A stretch of DNA of 64,000 nt from Azolla caroliniana (GCA_043228905.1 JBHGNT010000016.1:18972001-19036000); one strand, 5' to 3'. Positions 48,501 to 61,954 are shown, numbered from the stretch's first letter. A program made the numbers and translations. Notes: generated from the letters alone by a model not told the origin.

Positions 48501-51430
48501 TCGTCAAAAGCTTGACCTAAAGTCGGAGAAATGTATCCTCGTAGGATACTCACTGGAGCAAAAGGGGTACAAGTGCTACAACCCCTCAACTCGAAAATCT
48601 CGAGTAAGTCGAGACATCATTTTTGACGAGTCCGCATCCTGGTACGCACCAGAGACAACTTCGACTTTGACTCCGTTGAACAAGAGATAGATGATGAAGA
48701 TCATTTTACACGCATCTTCGAAGAAAGTCCGATCACGACTCGACTGAGCGAACCACACGAGCCTCCGAGCGATCAAAGCACATCATGGCCTAGCCCGAAG
48801 ATGGACAAAGGCAAGGCGAAAATGGCGAAATACGAAGACGATCGCTTCGACGATGATGAATCGACTCACTCACTCGATAGTGAGTTCGGCGGCATTGACG
48901 TACAAATCGGAGCTAAGAAAGCCCTCATCTCTGCAAATAAAAAGCTCCGTTGCTCCACCCGTGAAAAGTATCCGGTTAGCCAATTTGACTACAATGACTA
49001 CATAGCATATCACTATGCCTTTATGATGAAGGTGGCGACAGTACACGAGACGGAAACATTCTCCGAAGCAGCCAAGGATCCGCGATGGATCGAAGCCATG
49101 AACGAGGAGATGCAGGCACTACGCAAGAACGAGACGGGGGATCTCGTTCCCATCTCACCACACCAAAAGGCGATCGGATGCAGATGGATTTACAAAGTGA
49201 AGTACAACGTCAACGGTTCCGTCAACCGCTATAAAGCGCGACTCGTAGCAAAAGGCTATGCCCAAACGCACAGAGTTGACTACGAGGAGACCTTTCCTCC
49301 GGTGGCAAAGATGACAACGGTGTGGACCGTAATTGCGCTTGCCGCGGCGAAAGGGTGGCACCTCCATCAAATGGACGTCAAGAACGCCTTTCTACAAGGC
49401 GAATTAGAAGAGAAGGTGTACATGATACAACCACCCGGCTTCAACTCGAGCACCCATCCGAAAGCTGTATGCCGACTCAAGAAGCCACTCTACGGCCTCA
49501 AGCAAGCACCACCTGCTTGGCATTCGAAGATAATGCAATATCTTCATCAAATCGGCTTCCGTATGTCAAAATCAGACAACTCCCTCTACATACGAAGCGA
49601 TTCCACAAGTCCGATCGTCATCATCTTATATGTGGATGACCTAGTCATTGGAGGTGAGCATCTCGTTGAAATCAATAAGGTCAAATCCCTCCTTTCCGAC
49701 AAGTTCGAGATGACGGACATGAAGGAGGTCCACTACTTCCCCGGCATCGAGGTAATTCGAACTCCGGCCGGAATCTTGATCTCTCAACGACACTACATCC
49801 TCAACTTACTGTACAAGTTCAGGATGGCTAAGTGCAAATCCGTGGCAACCCCGCTCGATCGTAATCTCAAACTAGATGCGAACTCCGACACCAAAGCGTG
49901 TGATCCGACTCAGTATCGGCAACTCATCGGGAGTCTCATCTACCTCACGATCACTCGACCTGATCTCAACTATCCGGTCGGTTTCCTTAGTCAATTCATG
50001 CAAACACCGCGTGATACTCACTTGGATTGCGCTAAGCGAGTTCTACGGTATGTGAGCGGCAAAATGGATTGTGGCATCCTCTACAAGACCGCAATGCCAA
50101 TATGCCTCAAGGGGTACACAAACGTCAATTGGGCTGGCTACAAAGCCAATAGAATATCAACCTCCGGATTTGTTTTCTCCCTCGGCAACGGAGCAATATC
50201 CTGGAGTAGCAAGAAGCAGCCTACCATCGCTCTTTCGAGTACGGAGGCGGAATATAGGGGTGTAGTCGTAGCTGCGTGTGAAGCCGTATGGCTCAAGAGG
50301 ATTTTGAAGGATCTAGGCGTACCCTTCAAGGATCCGACTTCCCTTTACTGCGACAACATGAGCAGTATCTATTTGGCTCGGAACCCGGTGTTCCACACGC
50401 GGACAAAGCACATCGAAGTGCACTATCACTTCATCTGAGAGCGCGTTCTAGTTGGCGATGTCGACCTACAACACATTAGCACAAATCTTCAAATGGACAA
50501 CATTTTCACTAAAGCCTTAGGAGCCGACAAGCTATGGCAATTCATGACCGATCTCAAATTGACGATCCCTGACCTGCCAAGCTTGAGGGGGAGTACTGAA
50601 GACATTACGGAATAACGCATGGATTCCGCAAGCCACGTACACTACGTAACAACGCGTGGATTACGCAACCATGCAACGAAGCCGCGAAGAGCCGATCTAC
50701 CGCGCAAAGCCGCGAAGAAAGACGCAAGCTGAAGCACAGACTTCGCAACTACGCACAACGCAAGCTGGAGCACGGATTCCACAACTCTGCATAAATGCGA
50801 GTCAACGCGAGTCGAAGCGGATTTCGGATACTGTCTGAAACCGACCCGACTTGAGCTTGAGGAGGCGTGTTGAGAATCAAGCTCAACTTGGTCTAGTGTG
50901 TGAACTCACCTTGAGAGTGAATAGCCACTTCAACGGTCAAGAGTCACCATTATGTCACCTCTTTGTATTCTAGCATTTAGTATGAGCCATAGAATCATAT
51001 TCTATGACACATAACTTATAAGCTTTCACATTCCCCATGCTCCATGAGTCTTGTAGTTAATGAAGAGAGAGGGTGACTATATAAAGCACCCTCCTCCAAC
51101 CTTGTATATGTTGAGTCTTTCTCCTTTGTTAATACAATCTACCTTGCGTATTCTCTGTGTATTATTTCTTGTCTCTCTCACTCACTCACTCTCTCTCTCA
51201 TACACACACATAACTCACATCTCTTCCGCTTCACAAGAATCATACCTGATTCTTTACAAGAGGCCAAGGTTCGTCGCGAACTGCCACAACTTGTTGATAC
51301 CTAGGGCTTTTGTGAAGATGTTAGCCACCTGAAGATGTGTGTTGATGTGTTGTAAATTGAGCTCCAACCTGATAGTGCACTTCGATATGCTTAGTTCGCG
51401 CGTTGAATACAAGGTTCCGATGCAGGAGGA
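45575..51430 (-). mobile_element. 3' remnant (RNase H end and 3' UTR) of a host Copia, split by the 45775-51258 insertion
   Basis: Removing the insert rejoins the minus-strand peptide NLVFNARTKHIEVHY...ANIFTKALGINKLWQFATNLGL|SITDRPRLRGSTEK*, the same family as the insert (DLPSLRGSTE). Confidence 0.8.
45775..51258 (+). mobile_element. Structurally complete Ty1/Copia retrotransposon: LTRs 45775-46163 and 50868-51258, TSD AGAGG, gag-pol with several frameshifts and stops
   Basis: TGTTGAG...TTTACA LTRs are about 97% identical by eye. AGAGG at 45770-45774 and 51259-51263. PBS TGGTATTAGAGC at 46164; PPT before 50868. Domain order: gag, CGYCGKLGHHEEEC, WFVDSGASNH, integrase (SDGGKEY, PQQNGVAE), RT (YVDD), RNase H. 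Confidence 0.97.
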
Positions 51431-51686
51431 GAGTTGCTTTTTTCTTCGAGTTCCATCGGTTTTCCAACTTGAAGCTTCCATAGTGTTTCTCGAAGTTTGT
51501 CATTCTCAAGTTGAAGTTGATGCATGGCTTCCATGAGTTGATTTATTCTCTCAGTAAGATCTGACATGTTGAGGCTTAGAAAATGGGAAGGTGAACAAAC
51601 TATCATAAATGGGTAGATGAGGCTAAATACTAAGAGAGAGCAAGAAAGGGCTAGAGACTGTCACAGACGAGTAGACGAGGCTTGGT

Positions 51687-51729
<43 letters not shown>

Positions 51730-51890
51730 ATAGACAAGAGAACAAGAACTGAATTATGATTCCGTAACTGGTGTTATATCAAAGTGCACCTGAGTATTTA
51801 TACAAGAATGTGGAGGTATGCATGTAAGCTAGGAAACTTCTAGAGAGTGCATGAAGATGCATTCTCTAGAAGTTTCTTGAAGTTCTAGGA
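51431..51890 (-). mobile_element. Fragment of another LTR element: partial LTR ending GTGACA (51659), leader and start of a coiled-coil gag
   Basis: Minus strand shows TATAAATA (~51800), (CT)n and ...GTGACA, then MSDLTERINQLMEAMHQLQLENDKLRETL. No TGG-type PBS. A Gypsy/chromovirus assignment is inference. Confidence 0.5.
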
Positions 51891-52080
51891 TGGCTCCCCC
51901 TTCTGCCGAACTCACTAGGAGTAATTCTGGCCTCTTGCCAATGATGGGGATTGCGTTCTTGGGTCAGTTGACCATGTTGGCCTCGGCCAAATCAGCCTTC
52001 ATCATTCGACTGGGAGTAGAGCATCTAACCATCGGGTGCATTCCTCCTTTGTCGGGCATGATTTTCTTCCACCAATAGTA

Positions 52081-52985
52081 TCAACTAAAGGTCAAAAAAG
52101 GAATGAGGATTCTCCCTTGTGAGAATGGCCGATCCAATCGTGCCAAATCGTGGTCTAAGTCACCGAGGCATATTTGCACCATTTCACCATCGTCGATGAT
52201 GACATTGTTCGAACCGAGGGCATCACATAGTTCCTTGATCTTCAAGGTATAGTTGGTGATCGACATATCTCTCTCTTGTATGTTGTTTAACTCCTATCGT
52301 ACTAGTTGAAGCTTTCGTGCAACTATGTTGGCTGTGAAAATCTTCTTGAGGTTACCCCAAGCTTCTTTTGGCATCTTTGCCTCTCGAAGATAGTCGAGCA
52401 TGTGATCATGAACGCATGATGCATGACAATACAACACACAGCTTGTGGCCTACTCCCAGGCTGGATAGTCGGTGTGTGTTGGGTTGGGTTGCGTTTCATG
52501 AGCTCCCTCAATATAGCTCCAATATCCTTGACCGACAAGGTATTGATGCATCTTGTATTGCCAAGATGCAAAGTTTGTCTTATTGAGCTTCTCCGTAGGA
52601 AGCGCGCTTCCCATATGAGTATTCATGGAGTCGATTTCTTCTCTATTGTTGAATCGGTTCCGTTGATCGTCGGTGTGTAGCACAACACAGTTGATTAAGC
52701 TTGATTAGAAAACCACATAGTCTGATACCATGTAAATAAATGGAAAGCATCGATGATGTTGTGAAGCGGAAGTGAGATGTGTGTATGTGTGTGTAAGTAA
52801 GATAGGCAAAGAGGGAGAGGGAGAGCTTAGAACAAGAAGTTGTATTAGTGAAAGTATGATTACTTCCGACATTAACTAAGTTACACAAGGTTGGTTTAAA
52901 TACCAACTAGTCTGGGGCAACTGCCCTTTCTGTCATTTACAAAACTAGCCTAGTGTGTCCACTGCTAGTGTGAAAGCACTTCTTC
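52081..52985 (-). mobile_element. 5' part of a minus-strand Copia of the same family (partial LTR, PBS, degenerate gag)
   Basis: TCTGATACCA at 52721-52730 is the PBS, next to an LTR ending TTTACA. gag MNTHMGSALPTEKLNKTNFASWQYKMHQYLVGQGYWSYI matches ORF 46324. Confidence 0.85.
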
Positions 52986-53394
52986 ATTGGGGAAGTTGAG
53001 TTTGATTCTCAATAATACGATTCAATACTAAACTAATGAAGATTGATTCGTTTAGTACTCTACATTGTGGATCCTTTCCCGAAACCAAAATGATATATGA
53101 GATCATATAATTGGAATGTTCTTCAATGGTTTCATAGTTTTTCATATCATACTCGAACAATAGGAAATGAAGTGGATGAATTGATGGAATAGTTGACATT
53201 ATAGTTAGCTTTTGCTTGAATCGGGAATCAAACGGAAAAGTAGATCATGCAAGCGAGAAAAAAAAAAGTGTGGTGTGTGCTAAAATAAAATAAAACATCC
53301 ACCAATTTTATGGGGAGATCCTCTTCAAACCTATAAAAAGGTGAAGTGAGCTCATTGTTTTGGGAAGTTAAAGACAAGGCACGAATTCCAAGAG

Positions 53395-55030
53395 AGAGAG
53401 CTAGGGTTGCAATCAAAGAGGGTGTATCCATAGGAATGGAACTGAGGATTTAGTGCCTTTGCCAAAAGGTAGAAAAGCACTACCATGTAAATGGGTGTCT
53501 AAGTCCAAATACACATCCGATAGTGTTCTTCCTAAATATAAAGCTTGCATTGTGGCAAAAGGTTTTAAACAAGAACCAGGAGTCAATTTTGATGAAATCT
53601 TCTCTCCGATATTCAAGATAACTACATTACGTACGATGCTCGTTGTTGCCAAAAATTATCTTTGATTTGTTTCAAATATATGTAAAAACTACCTTTTTGC
53701 ATGGAGATCTTGATGAAGAGATTTATATGGAGCAACCAAAGGGTTATGAAGTTTATGGGAAAATGCCTTTGGTATGTAAATAAACTTAAGAAAAGTTTGT
53801 ATGGTCTTAAGCAATCTACTTGAAAGTGGTATAAAAAATTAGAAGCTTTTATGAGGTCCCAAAGTTATGATAAGAGTAATGAAGACTTATGTTTATATAC
53901 GAAAAAATGTATAGATATATGTGATTTTGATACTCTATGTAGATGACATGCTCATCGCCGGTGAAAACAAGGATGACTTATCCCAACTAAATAAAATTTT
54001 GAGTCAAACTTTTTATATAAAAAATTTGGGAACTGCAAAACACATCCTTCAAATGCCTATTACTCAAGATAGGAGTAATGGATGTATTTATTTGTCTAAA
54101 TCTGAGTACATTTAGAAATTACTCAAGAAGTTTAATATGGAGAGTGCAAAACCTTTGAGCACACAATTATCTGTACATGTTAAATTGAGTAAAAATAAAG
54201 GTCCCAAATTTGATGATGAAAAGGAGTTCATAAGTAAAATTCCTTATCAATCTGTTGTTAGTGGTCTTACGTATGCTATGATAGCAACTAGGCCACACAT
54301 TGCATTTGCAGTGAAAGCTGTGAGCATATTTTTGTCAAACTCTGGTGAGAAACATTAAAAAGCAATGAAAATGATAATATGATATCTAAGAGGCACCAAA
54401 AATAAGTGTCTATGTTTAGGTGGCGGAAATGTATCAATTATTGGATATACAAACTTTGATTATATTAGTTGTTTCGACATCAGAAAATCTACTTCGGGGT
54501 ACATTTTTTAGTTTATGGGAGGTGCCATATCTTGGAGATCTCATCTCCAAGAGTGTACCGCTCTGTCCACTACAGAAGCAGAGTATGTTGCAACTAGTGA
54601 AGCATGTAAGGAAGTTGTATGCCTTTTTCGATTAGCTTGTGACATGGGCATACCTCAACTTGTATCGATATTGTTTTGTGATAGTCAAAGTGGCATTGCA
54701 TTGGCTAAAAACCTAGTATACCATGCAAAGACCAAGCACATTGGAGTGCGATATCACTTCATCTGAGAATGCATAGTTGTTGGCTACATCAGTCTTGAGA
54801 AGATTGTCTCCCAAGAAAATGATGCATATGCATTGATGAAAGTTGTATTCCATGATGCGTTAGAGCATTGTTGTCACTTGATGGGGATTACTTAGCTCTT
54901 CATGTTACAGATTGCTTTAATATGTATATTGTGCAACATATTCATCAAGTTGGATGTGTCAGTCTTGTACAATCTTCCCATTAGCTTTGCTTATTCTTTT
55001 TTGGCCTTCAGTGGGAGATTGTTACATAGT
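53395..55030 (+). mobile_element. Degenerate Copia RT-RNase H with PPT and the start of the 3' LTR
   Basis: LPKGRKALPCKWV, ILYVDDMLIAG, ALSTTEAEYVA and YHAKTKHIGVRYHFI. AGTGGGAGAT is followed by TGTTAC at ~55020. Confidence 0.88.
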
Positions 55031-58000
55031 GAGAAAGGTCAAAAAGGTAATTCTCATTATTTATCAGTAGGTATACAACTTAACATCTAAGAAGGGTGTT
55101 TTGGTGTGTGCCCGCCAAAAACATCATGTGCGCGTTTTTGTCTGTGTGATGTTTCTCTCTCTATTGTCCATCTTTTTCTCTTTAGGAAAAATAGAAGCTC
55201 ATCCACTTCTCCCTGCCCCTCCAACAACTAGAACCAACAAACCACTTTAGCACAATAGTTATATTATTTCATCAATTATCAACAACATGACTACGTTGAT
55301 TGGTAGACGTTGCTTCTATCTGACAACCTCCTTTGCAATGTTTCAGCTACATCTTCTATGATCTTCAGTTTTTTTTATCGGCATCGCCAACTTGCACCTG
55401 CACCCTCTTTAAATTTTGGGGACGATATGGTTTTATCCCATAGATCTTCTTTGTCTGAAACCTTGGCTCAAGCAAAACTTCCATTGGCTTGGTCCTGTTC
55501 ACATTACATTAAATTAATGAGTTTTCTTACCATCAAGAATTGTCAAGCTAAATCTTATCTTTCATGTACCCTTTTTGGGCCTTAAAAGCCAATAACTTTC
55601 CAAAGGGGGTATCACCTTTTTCCTCTAATCAACATTCATGGACTTGAAGAATTTGCAATTCATGAGGTTTTGGACTACAAGATCTCACCGTGCTACCTTT
55701 ACTATTTAGTGGATTGGAAAGGATATTCTCCTTGTAAGTTGTAACCGCATTTAAGAACCCAAGGACAATACACCTTACAAAATAGTGAGGTTCATCAACA
55801 ATACCCACATAAGTTGGGCCCATCCACATCATGGCATTACAAGGGGAGTCTATGTTGACTCTACATTGAAAATATCTATAACAGATCTCACATAATCATC
55901 ACAAAGGAATCAAACTTGTGATATCATAGTTATTATGAGTGAGTGTCTTTGCCAATGGACCATACACATTAGATAGAGAAAGTCGCATATATGAAAAAAA
56001 GATATATTAATGCCTTTTAAGAGGCCAAAAATGGTTTATAAGACTAAACAAGAGATCAAATCTTAAAATGTTGTTTCATCTAAGAGAACAACAAATAAAA
56101 ATAAACGTGGCTATGTAAAAATGTAAATGGAAATAGCATGAAGAAATGCCTAAATAATTTCGTCATCTAGATATCAATAGAAATAGAGAAAGTTTAGATA
56201 GAAGGGGGGCATAAACATTAGATAACTACATATTGTTTTATTTCTTTCAAATAATTGGTCACATACTCAATGTGAGGTGAGAGGGCTTTATGTACAATCA
56301 ATGAATTGTTACAAAGAGGTCCAATGTTTGAACCAAGACAATATCTCTTTTCAAATAGTCTATTTATGCTCATCATATATGCAATTGTAAGTTTTACTCC
56401 AACATAGGACACCTTTTTCCCAACAACACATTGGGCATGTGTGGAGGTTCTTACAAAACAACACACTGGAAGAAGCAATTTCAACAATAAATGAAACAAT
56501 TCATGAACACGATATGAAGAATAACCTATGGTTTGCTCGATGGTACAATCTTTAAAATATGCATGCATGTATGTATTTCTGTGTAAAAGTAGTGGTGTAT
56601 TAAAGCAACATGACAACACAAAAAGCCCCTCTTGTCCCTATAATAACGAGTATCTCATGTCCAGGTAAACCCTCTAAATTACTATAGGATGAGCTGGAAT
56701 AAAAGACAACTCTTCTAGGAACAAGGTGCTTGCCCCACTCAAGTATGAGGTCTCACAAATAGAATTTTGGTTTCAGCCTACATATATGTTGTTGTACTCC
56801 ACAAGACCACCAACCAAGAAACCATGTCTCATTATCCAATTATACCAAACCCCAATTCCTAAGGTTCTCAAACTTTTTCTCATACAATGGGGATTGTTAC
56901 AAATATCTTTAATGTACTAGGATTTTAAAGCCACCGCCAAACATAGTTTGCCCATTGATTCTTGCCAAAAAACATATTCTGCTCAAAATGGATGGTGCAT
57001 TTTCATCTTGCATTGGATTGATGGGGCATTGTCAAAAACCTGTCTTCAATTTACTTATAATGAATGTTGTTGTTGTGCACCCCGATTCAATTCTTTCCTA
57101 AAAGTTCGTAGAGTGAAACAAAGTTGATTTGATAAGACCAAAGAAGGAAAGATGGAGTATTTGAACAAACATCAATACATACTCTTCAATTATTTCATCT
57201 TATTGCTTCGTGCATCATCATTCCATCTAGACCACAAGCAACTACCATCTATTTTCTATCATTGTTTGAATTTATAGATTGCTTTCATGTTCTATTATCA
57301 AGTCTTTTAGCGAAACCATTCTCAAGTCTTTTAGAGAAACCATTCGCAAATAATTCCTCCATATATCTCATGGAATGAAAAATGATGCAGCATGTATAAT
57401 TTATATCCTAGTTAAGAAAGAGTAACAAGGCAATGTCTTATGACTTAACTACCCAAGCATAACATCTCCCCTGTTTGTTGGAACATTAGCAACGTATTGA
57501 TGCAAGGTATGTTTGTTTAAAGCATGAAATTGCACATGATTGCTCATCATTGAACTTTGTAACATGTGTTGCATCCCCATTTATATTTAACATAACTATT
57601 TGGTCACGAACTTTGTAACATAACTAATTTGAAGATAATTAAGACCAAAGGACACAAAATAAACAAATCGTCCTAAATATATAGATAGATAGACAACGAA
57701 ACAACGAAACAATTGCCTTACACACTTTCATGTTATGGCTTAGCGAAATTAGGTTTTGTACATATTTTATATTACGTGATGATCATATGCATGTACAGTT
57801 ACATAACGAGGTGCCATAAGCTAATCGCACATACACAAGCGCAAAGACTTCAACGTTAGGGCAATGCCAAAGCCTTTTCACCTCTACTATCCTCCGAATC
57901 ATTCTCAAGGATACAACATTGCTCGATACATCTATGAATATGCCACCGCTAAGTAAGAGGCATATCAGTAAGTAAAAACCACTGTAAAATGCCGCAACTG

Positions 58001-58379
58001 TAGAAAACACTACTGACGAATTAAATAAAGATGACAAGGAAAATACAGCAATAATATGGATTGGGATTGCAATGGAGATTTGAGAATCCTCGGCAGCACT
58101 GAGAAACATTGGAACCTTGAAATAAACATAAATATATGCTTTAAAAATGACAATTTTTTTATATTTTTTATTGATCAATATTAAGAACAATGCAGAATAC
58201 ATGAAGTTCCACAATATAGCAGTGCTTATTACAAAGAATGTGCGTGGAATCGCTATATCGAGTGTGCATAACAATGTATGTGCATGTGCTGATTTCAGAG
58301 AGAGAGAGAGAGAGGAAGAGAGACGGAGGGAGAGAGCGGAAGAAGGGGGAATCAATCGGCAACAATACCTTTCAAAACA

Positions 58380-61094
58380 TCATGCCGATGAAGACTTGGC
58401 AGCACTAATCACAATGGAGTCTGGAATTTTTCCTTCTGGGCAAAACTCCTCTGCAGCCGTCGACCACACATTTGCAATTCTCTCTGCATATCCAACCTGC
58501 AGAAAAAAGTGTGGCATCTCATTAATAAAGTGTACTGAACGTCAAATTCTCTACTATAAACGGACAATGAGGAACTCCTTCCGAAACTCGAGTCAAAGCA
58601 ATGAGCGAGTATACTACAATTCTGAAGGAGGAAAGTATTCAACAAGATCGTCATGTCACCAAGATGTCAATGGGCACACAATCTCAGATTCCAGCAATAT
58701 ATGCAATCCAAAGGTCTCATGAAGAGCCAAGAAATAGCATTTGGTCGCACATCAAGAACAAGTTCTAGTCACCATTTTCAACACCAAAATCAAGGCCCGT
58801 ATCGCTTGAATTAGATACATTTTAAGTCCCATAGGCTATCTATACTCGTGAAATAGATAATCATGTAACGTTGCTAGTTGCAAACCTGATTATGGATAAA
58901 TCCCTTGAGCATTTCCATGAAATCTCGCCGTCTGCCAGAGTCGAAACGCTCCAGTTCAGTTCTATTAACTTCCTGCAATGTTGACCAGAATTGGAAATTA
59001 CTCGAAACCCTAATGCAGAACAACATTCTCTAGAAAGACAGGAAGATACTTTTATGTCTTTGAAGAAGCCAAAATGGCCTATGAGTCCAAATGTGGTGTT
59101 GCAACTTAAAATATTGCCTTATCTTTCTCAATAACGATCATTATGATATCCTCTTTCTTATGCCAAAATGGAATTCTGTTTCAACTCAATGAAACTGTAC
59201 ACGCTAATGAAGAAACAAGACGAAAACATATGTTACAAACAAAATTTACCTTAATACGTTCATACTCTGCCGTGGCACTATCTCGTGACTCTTCCATTGT
59301 CATAAGTGCCTCTTTGAGTTCTTCTATTTTACGGTTCCTTGTCTTATCACCTCCAAATACTTTGGAGGATGCCACCATAAGCTTTTCAATTCTAGTATTT
59401 AGTGAAGAAATCTCAGTGGCCAACGTTTGCACAGTTAGCAAGGCTGTCGAACGCTCATTGAAGGCTGTATTAACAGAGTGCATGAGATTGAAATACTCAT
59501 GAAGGTGATCCTGTGCAAAACACAAAAGAGCATACTCTCAGCTTGAAATTATCACTTCCAATGCATGCCCGTAATCATTTTAAAGATATCATTCAACATC
59601 ATTCTTATTGACAAGTTCCAGATGAGAGGAGGGTAAACGGATAGAGTACCAAATGTTTGATCGTTTGGGCATTTGACTCTTGACAAAACCGGCTAGCTTT
59701 GACAGCTGCAGTGGCGATTCGTTTTGCATCAGCTGCATGAGTTCTTTGTGTGTTAAATACAGCTTCTTCAGACTCGAACTTAGCAATCTTTGTAAAAGTT
59801 AGCCCAATCTCCCCCGTGATTTCGCAAATCTCCTGTTGCGCTTTTATAAGAACCTCTGCCTGCATGAAACCAAAAACCAATAAAAATCTAAGTGGCAAGA
59901 GAATCAATGCGTCATCATTACCTACTGCCCTCAAAGTAGCTAACATGTCAAATACATACAAACAGTGAAGCACCACTCCAACAGAATCTAGCTTACTTTT
60001 TGCGACGCCACATTCAAATATTGATGCAAATCCAGTAATTTTTCTTTCCTTTCAAGAAATGCTCTATCTTCTTCGATTATAGCTGGCCTCACCCCACCCC
60101 ACTCGATGGTGACCGACTGTTTCAACTCTTTAAACAAGCGGACAAGATCTCGACCTCCTTTGGCCGGCTGGGCAACCTCGTGAGGACCTAATATCATGCT
60201 TCCCTCTCCAAAGAGTTGCTTTGGAAGACTTGCAGCGCCATCGAGCATTCTCGACGCGATATCGGTGGTAGGAATCAAAGGAAGCTTTGCTTGCGATTGA
60301 AGAAACAACCTTAGCTCATCACTAAAGCGGATGACTGGATGGTTTGCTAGCCTATACAGGTACTTCTCGAGTGCAGCCCTTCGTTGTTCGATGAAATCCT
60401 CCTTCTGCATGAGGTGGACCTCCACCACGCCCTTATCCGGGCGAGCAGGTATGAAATATCCCCTATAAGATTCTGCCAACCGGTCGGCCAATGTTACCAC
60501 ATCGCGGAAGCGCCTCCGAACCGAGAAATCGTTCCCTTCGAATCGTGGCATGTTAGTTTGCGTAACAATGAGGTATGTGAAGTAGCTATTCCCTCCCGGA
60601 ACAATCGAAGAACCCGCATTATCCAGCACTTTCTGAGGTTGCGAGACGGTGATGACCAAATAATCGGGGAAGGTCGAAGATGCAAACATAGAGCCTGACA
60701 AAGTGGAAGGTAAGGATAAAGGGCTCCCATATTCTCTCGAGCTTCCATTACCAAAACCATTGGCTTCTCCATTACCAGCACCATAGGGAGTATATACTAC
60801 ATCAGCATATGAGGGAGGTTCGACAAACGGAGTCTCTTTAACTACATGCCGAAAGCTTCTCACTGGCGAAGATCTGTAGCTATCTTCGAATCGTTCATGT
60901 TCCTCCTCGAATGTGGGTAATGCATCATCATGATGGGGAGGAGGAGGAGGAGGAGCAGCAGGATCAGCCATGGTATCAGGTGTTTTTTCTGAATAGGTTA
61001 GGTTTTGTTCGATGATGAGGTTCTCCATCCCGTCCTTGGGAGGGAAAAGGCGTGCGTGTAATGGATCCACGTGATCCTCTACTCCCATCATCAT
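58380..61094 (-). CDS. SNX2: Sorting nexin 2 (PX-BAR, retromer-associated), ~590 aa
   Basis: Exons 61094-59997, 59859-59650, 59510-59250, 58972-58886 and 58496-58380, all phase 0 and GT-AG. EPPSYADV, PX domain VRRRFRDVVTLADRLAESYRGYFIPARPDK..EQRRAALEKYL, GGRDLVRLFKELKQSV, and a BAR end FMEMLKGFIHNQVGYAERIANVW. Confidence 0.95.
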
Positions 61095-61419
61095 GGCCTT
61101 GCTTGGGTCTTTCCTCTTCTTTCTTTCTTCTTGTACAGAGAGAGCAACCAAACAGCAGCAGAGATGAAATTCTCTAAGCCGTGTCGTCCTACTCCTCCTT
61201 CAGATCGGATCTAAACAGCAGATATGGGTTGCTATGGCTTTCTAAGTTAAGTTCCTCTGCGGATGATGATGATGATGATGTCTTATTTCCTCATGAATAC
61301 AATTCAGAGAGAAAGATGATCCACCTGTGAAAAGCCCGAAGCCGAAGACCGATCGGTGAATCCAGAAGAAGGTCTGAGAAACCCTACGTTCTCATTTGCT
61401 CGTACACGGAGAGCCTAAA

Positions 61420-61552
61420 GGGGAAACCCTAAATTTTTGTTGTTTTCTCGCTTAGATTTCAGACCAGAAGCCCTAAACTTCTCCTCCTCGCTGATCTCCT
61501 AAGAAACCCTAATTCCTGAGAAACCCTAATTCCTGAGAAACCCTAATTCCTG
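61420..61552. promoter_or_regulatory. Telo-box cluster, including a 17-bp tandem triplication, in the SNX2 leader/promoter
   Basis: AAACCCTAA at ~61424; GAAACCCTAATTCCTG occurs three times at 61503-61552. Confidence 0.6.
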
Positions 61553-61629
61553 CTTTCGTTGCCATATGGGAGCGACAAGAAGAAGAGAAAGAGAAAGAGA
61601 AGAGGAAGGAGCTGTCCTTGGCGTGCACG

Positions 61630-61720
61630 CACACGTGACTCGGCACGTGGCGCTGCAGCTGTCGACGTGGCAGCCGCGTGGGATGGGGACGTGGCAGCCG
61701 ACGTGGCAGTCGCGTGGGCC
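61630..61720. promoter_or_regulatory. Dense G-box/ABRE and CE3-like cluster upstream of SNX2
   Basis: CACGTG at 61632, CACGTGGC at 61644, GACGTGGC at 61664, 61688 and 61700, CGCGTGG at ~61675 and 61711. Confidence 0.65.
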
Positions 61721-61954
61721 ATTCTGCTTTCGGTTTTGCATATTTATGCGACTACCCCTATTGACATATTTGCAAAAGTTGGCTCCTCAATATTTATAAA
61801 TTATACCTATACCCCTCCCCCCCCTTCTCTTTTTTATGTTCTTTCTAAAGTTTTTATCCCACCCTTCCATTTTGTTTTTTGCTTCTTCTTTTTTTGTTAA
61901 CCAAGGTATTCTACGTTTTGCCCTTACAAAAGCAAAGGAACCAACGAGATAAAT

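Noticed and set aside
55600-57500. Possible decayed coding or TE sequence
   Set aside because: No motif that I could recognise, so no call is supportable without a search.
57783-58722. Overlapping 190-191-aa ORFs as novel genes
   Set aside because: They lie in or antisense to the SNX2 last exon and 3' UTR, cross an (AG)n tract and have no recognisable motifs.
61420-61552. Interstitial telomere repeat
   Set aside because: These are isolated AAACCCTAA motifs in a promoter/leader context (telo-boxes), not tandem TTTAGGG arrays.
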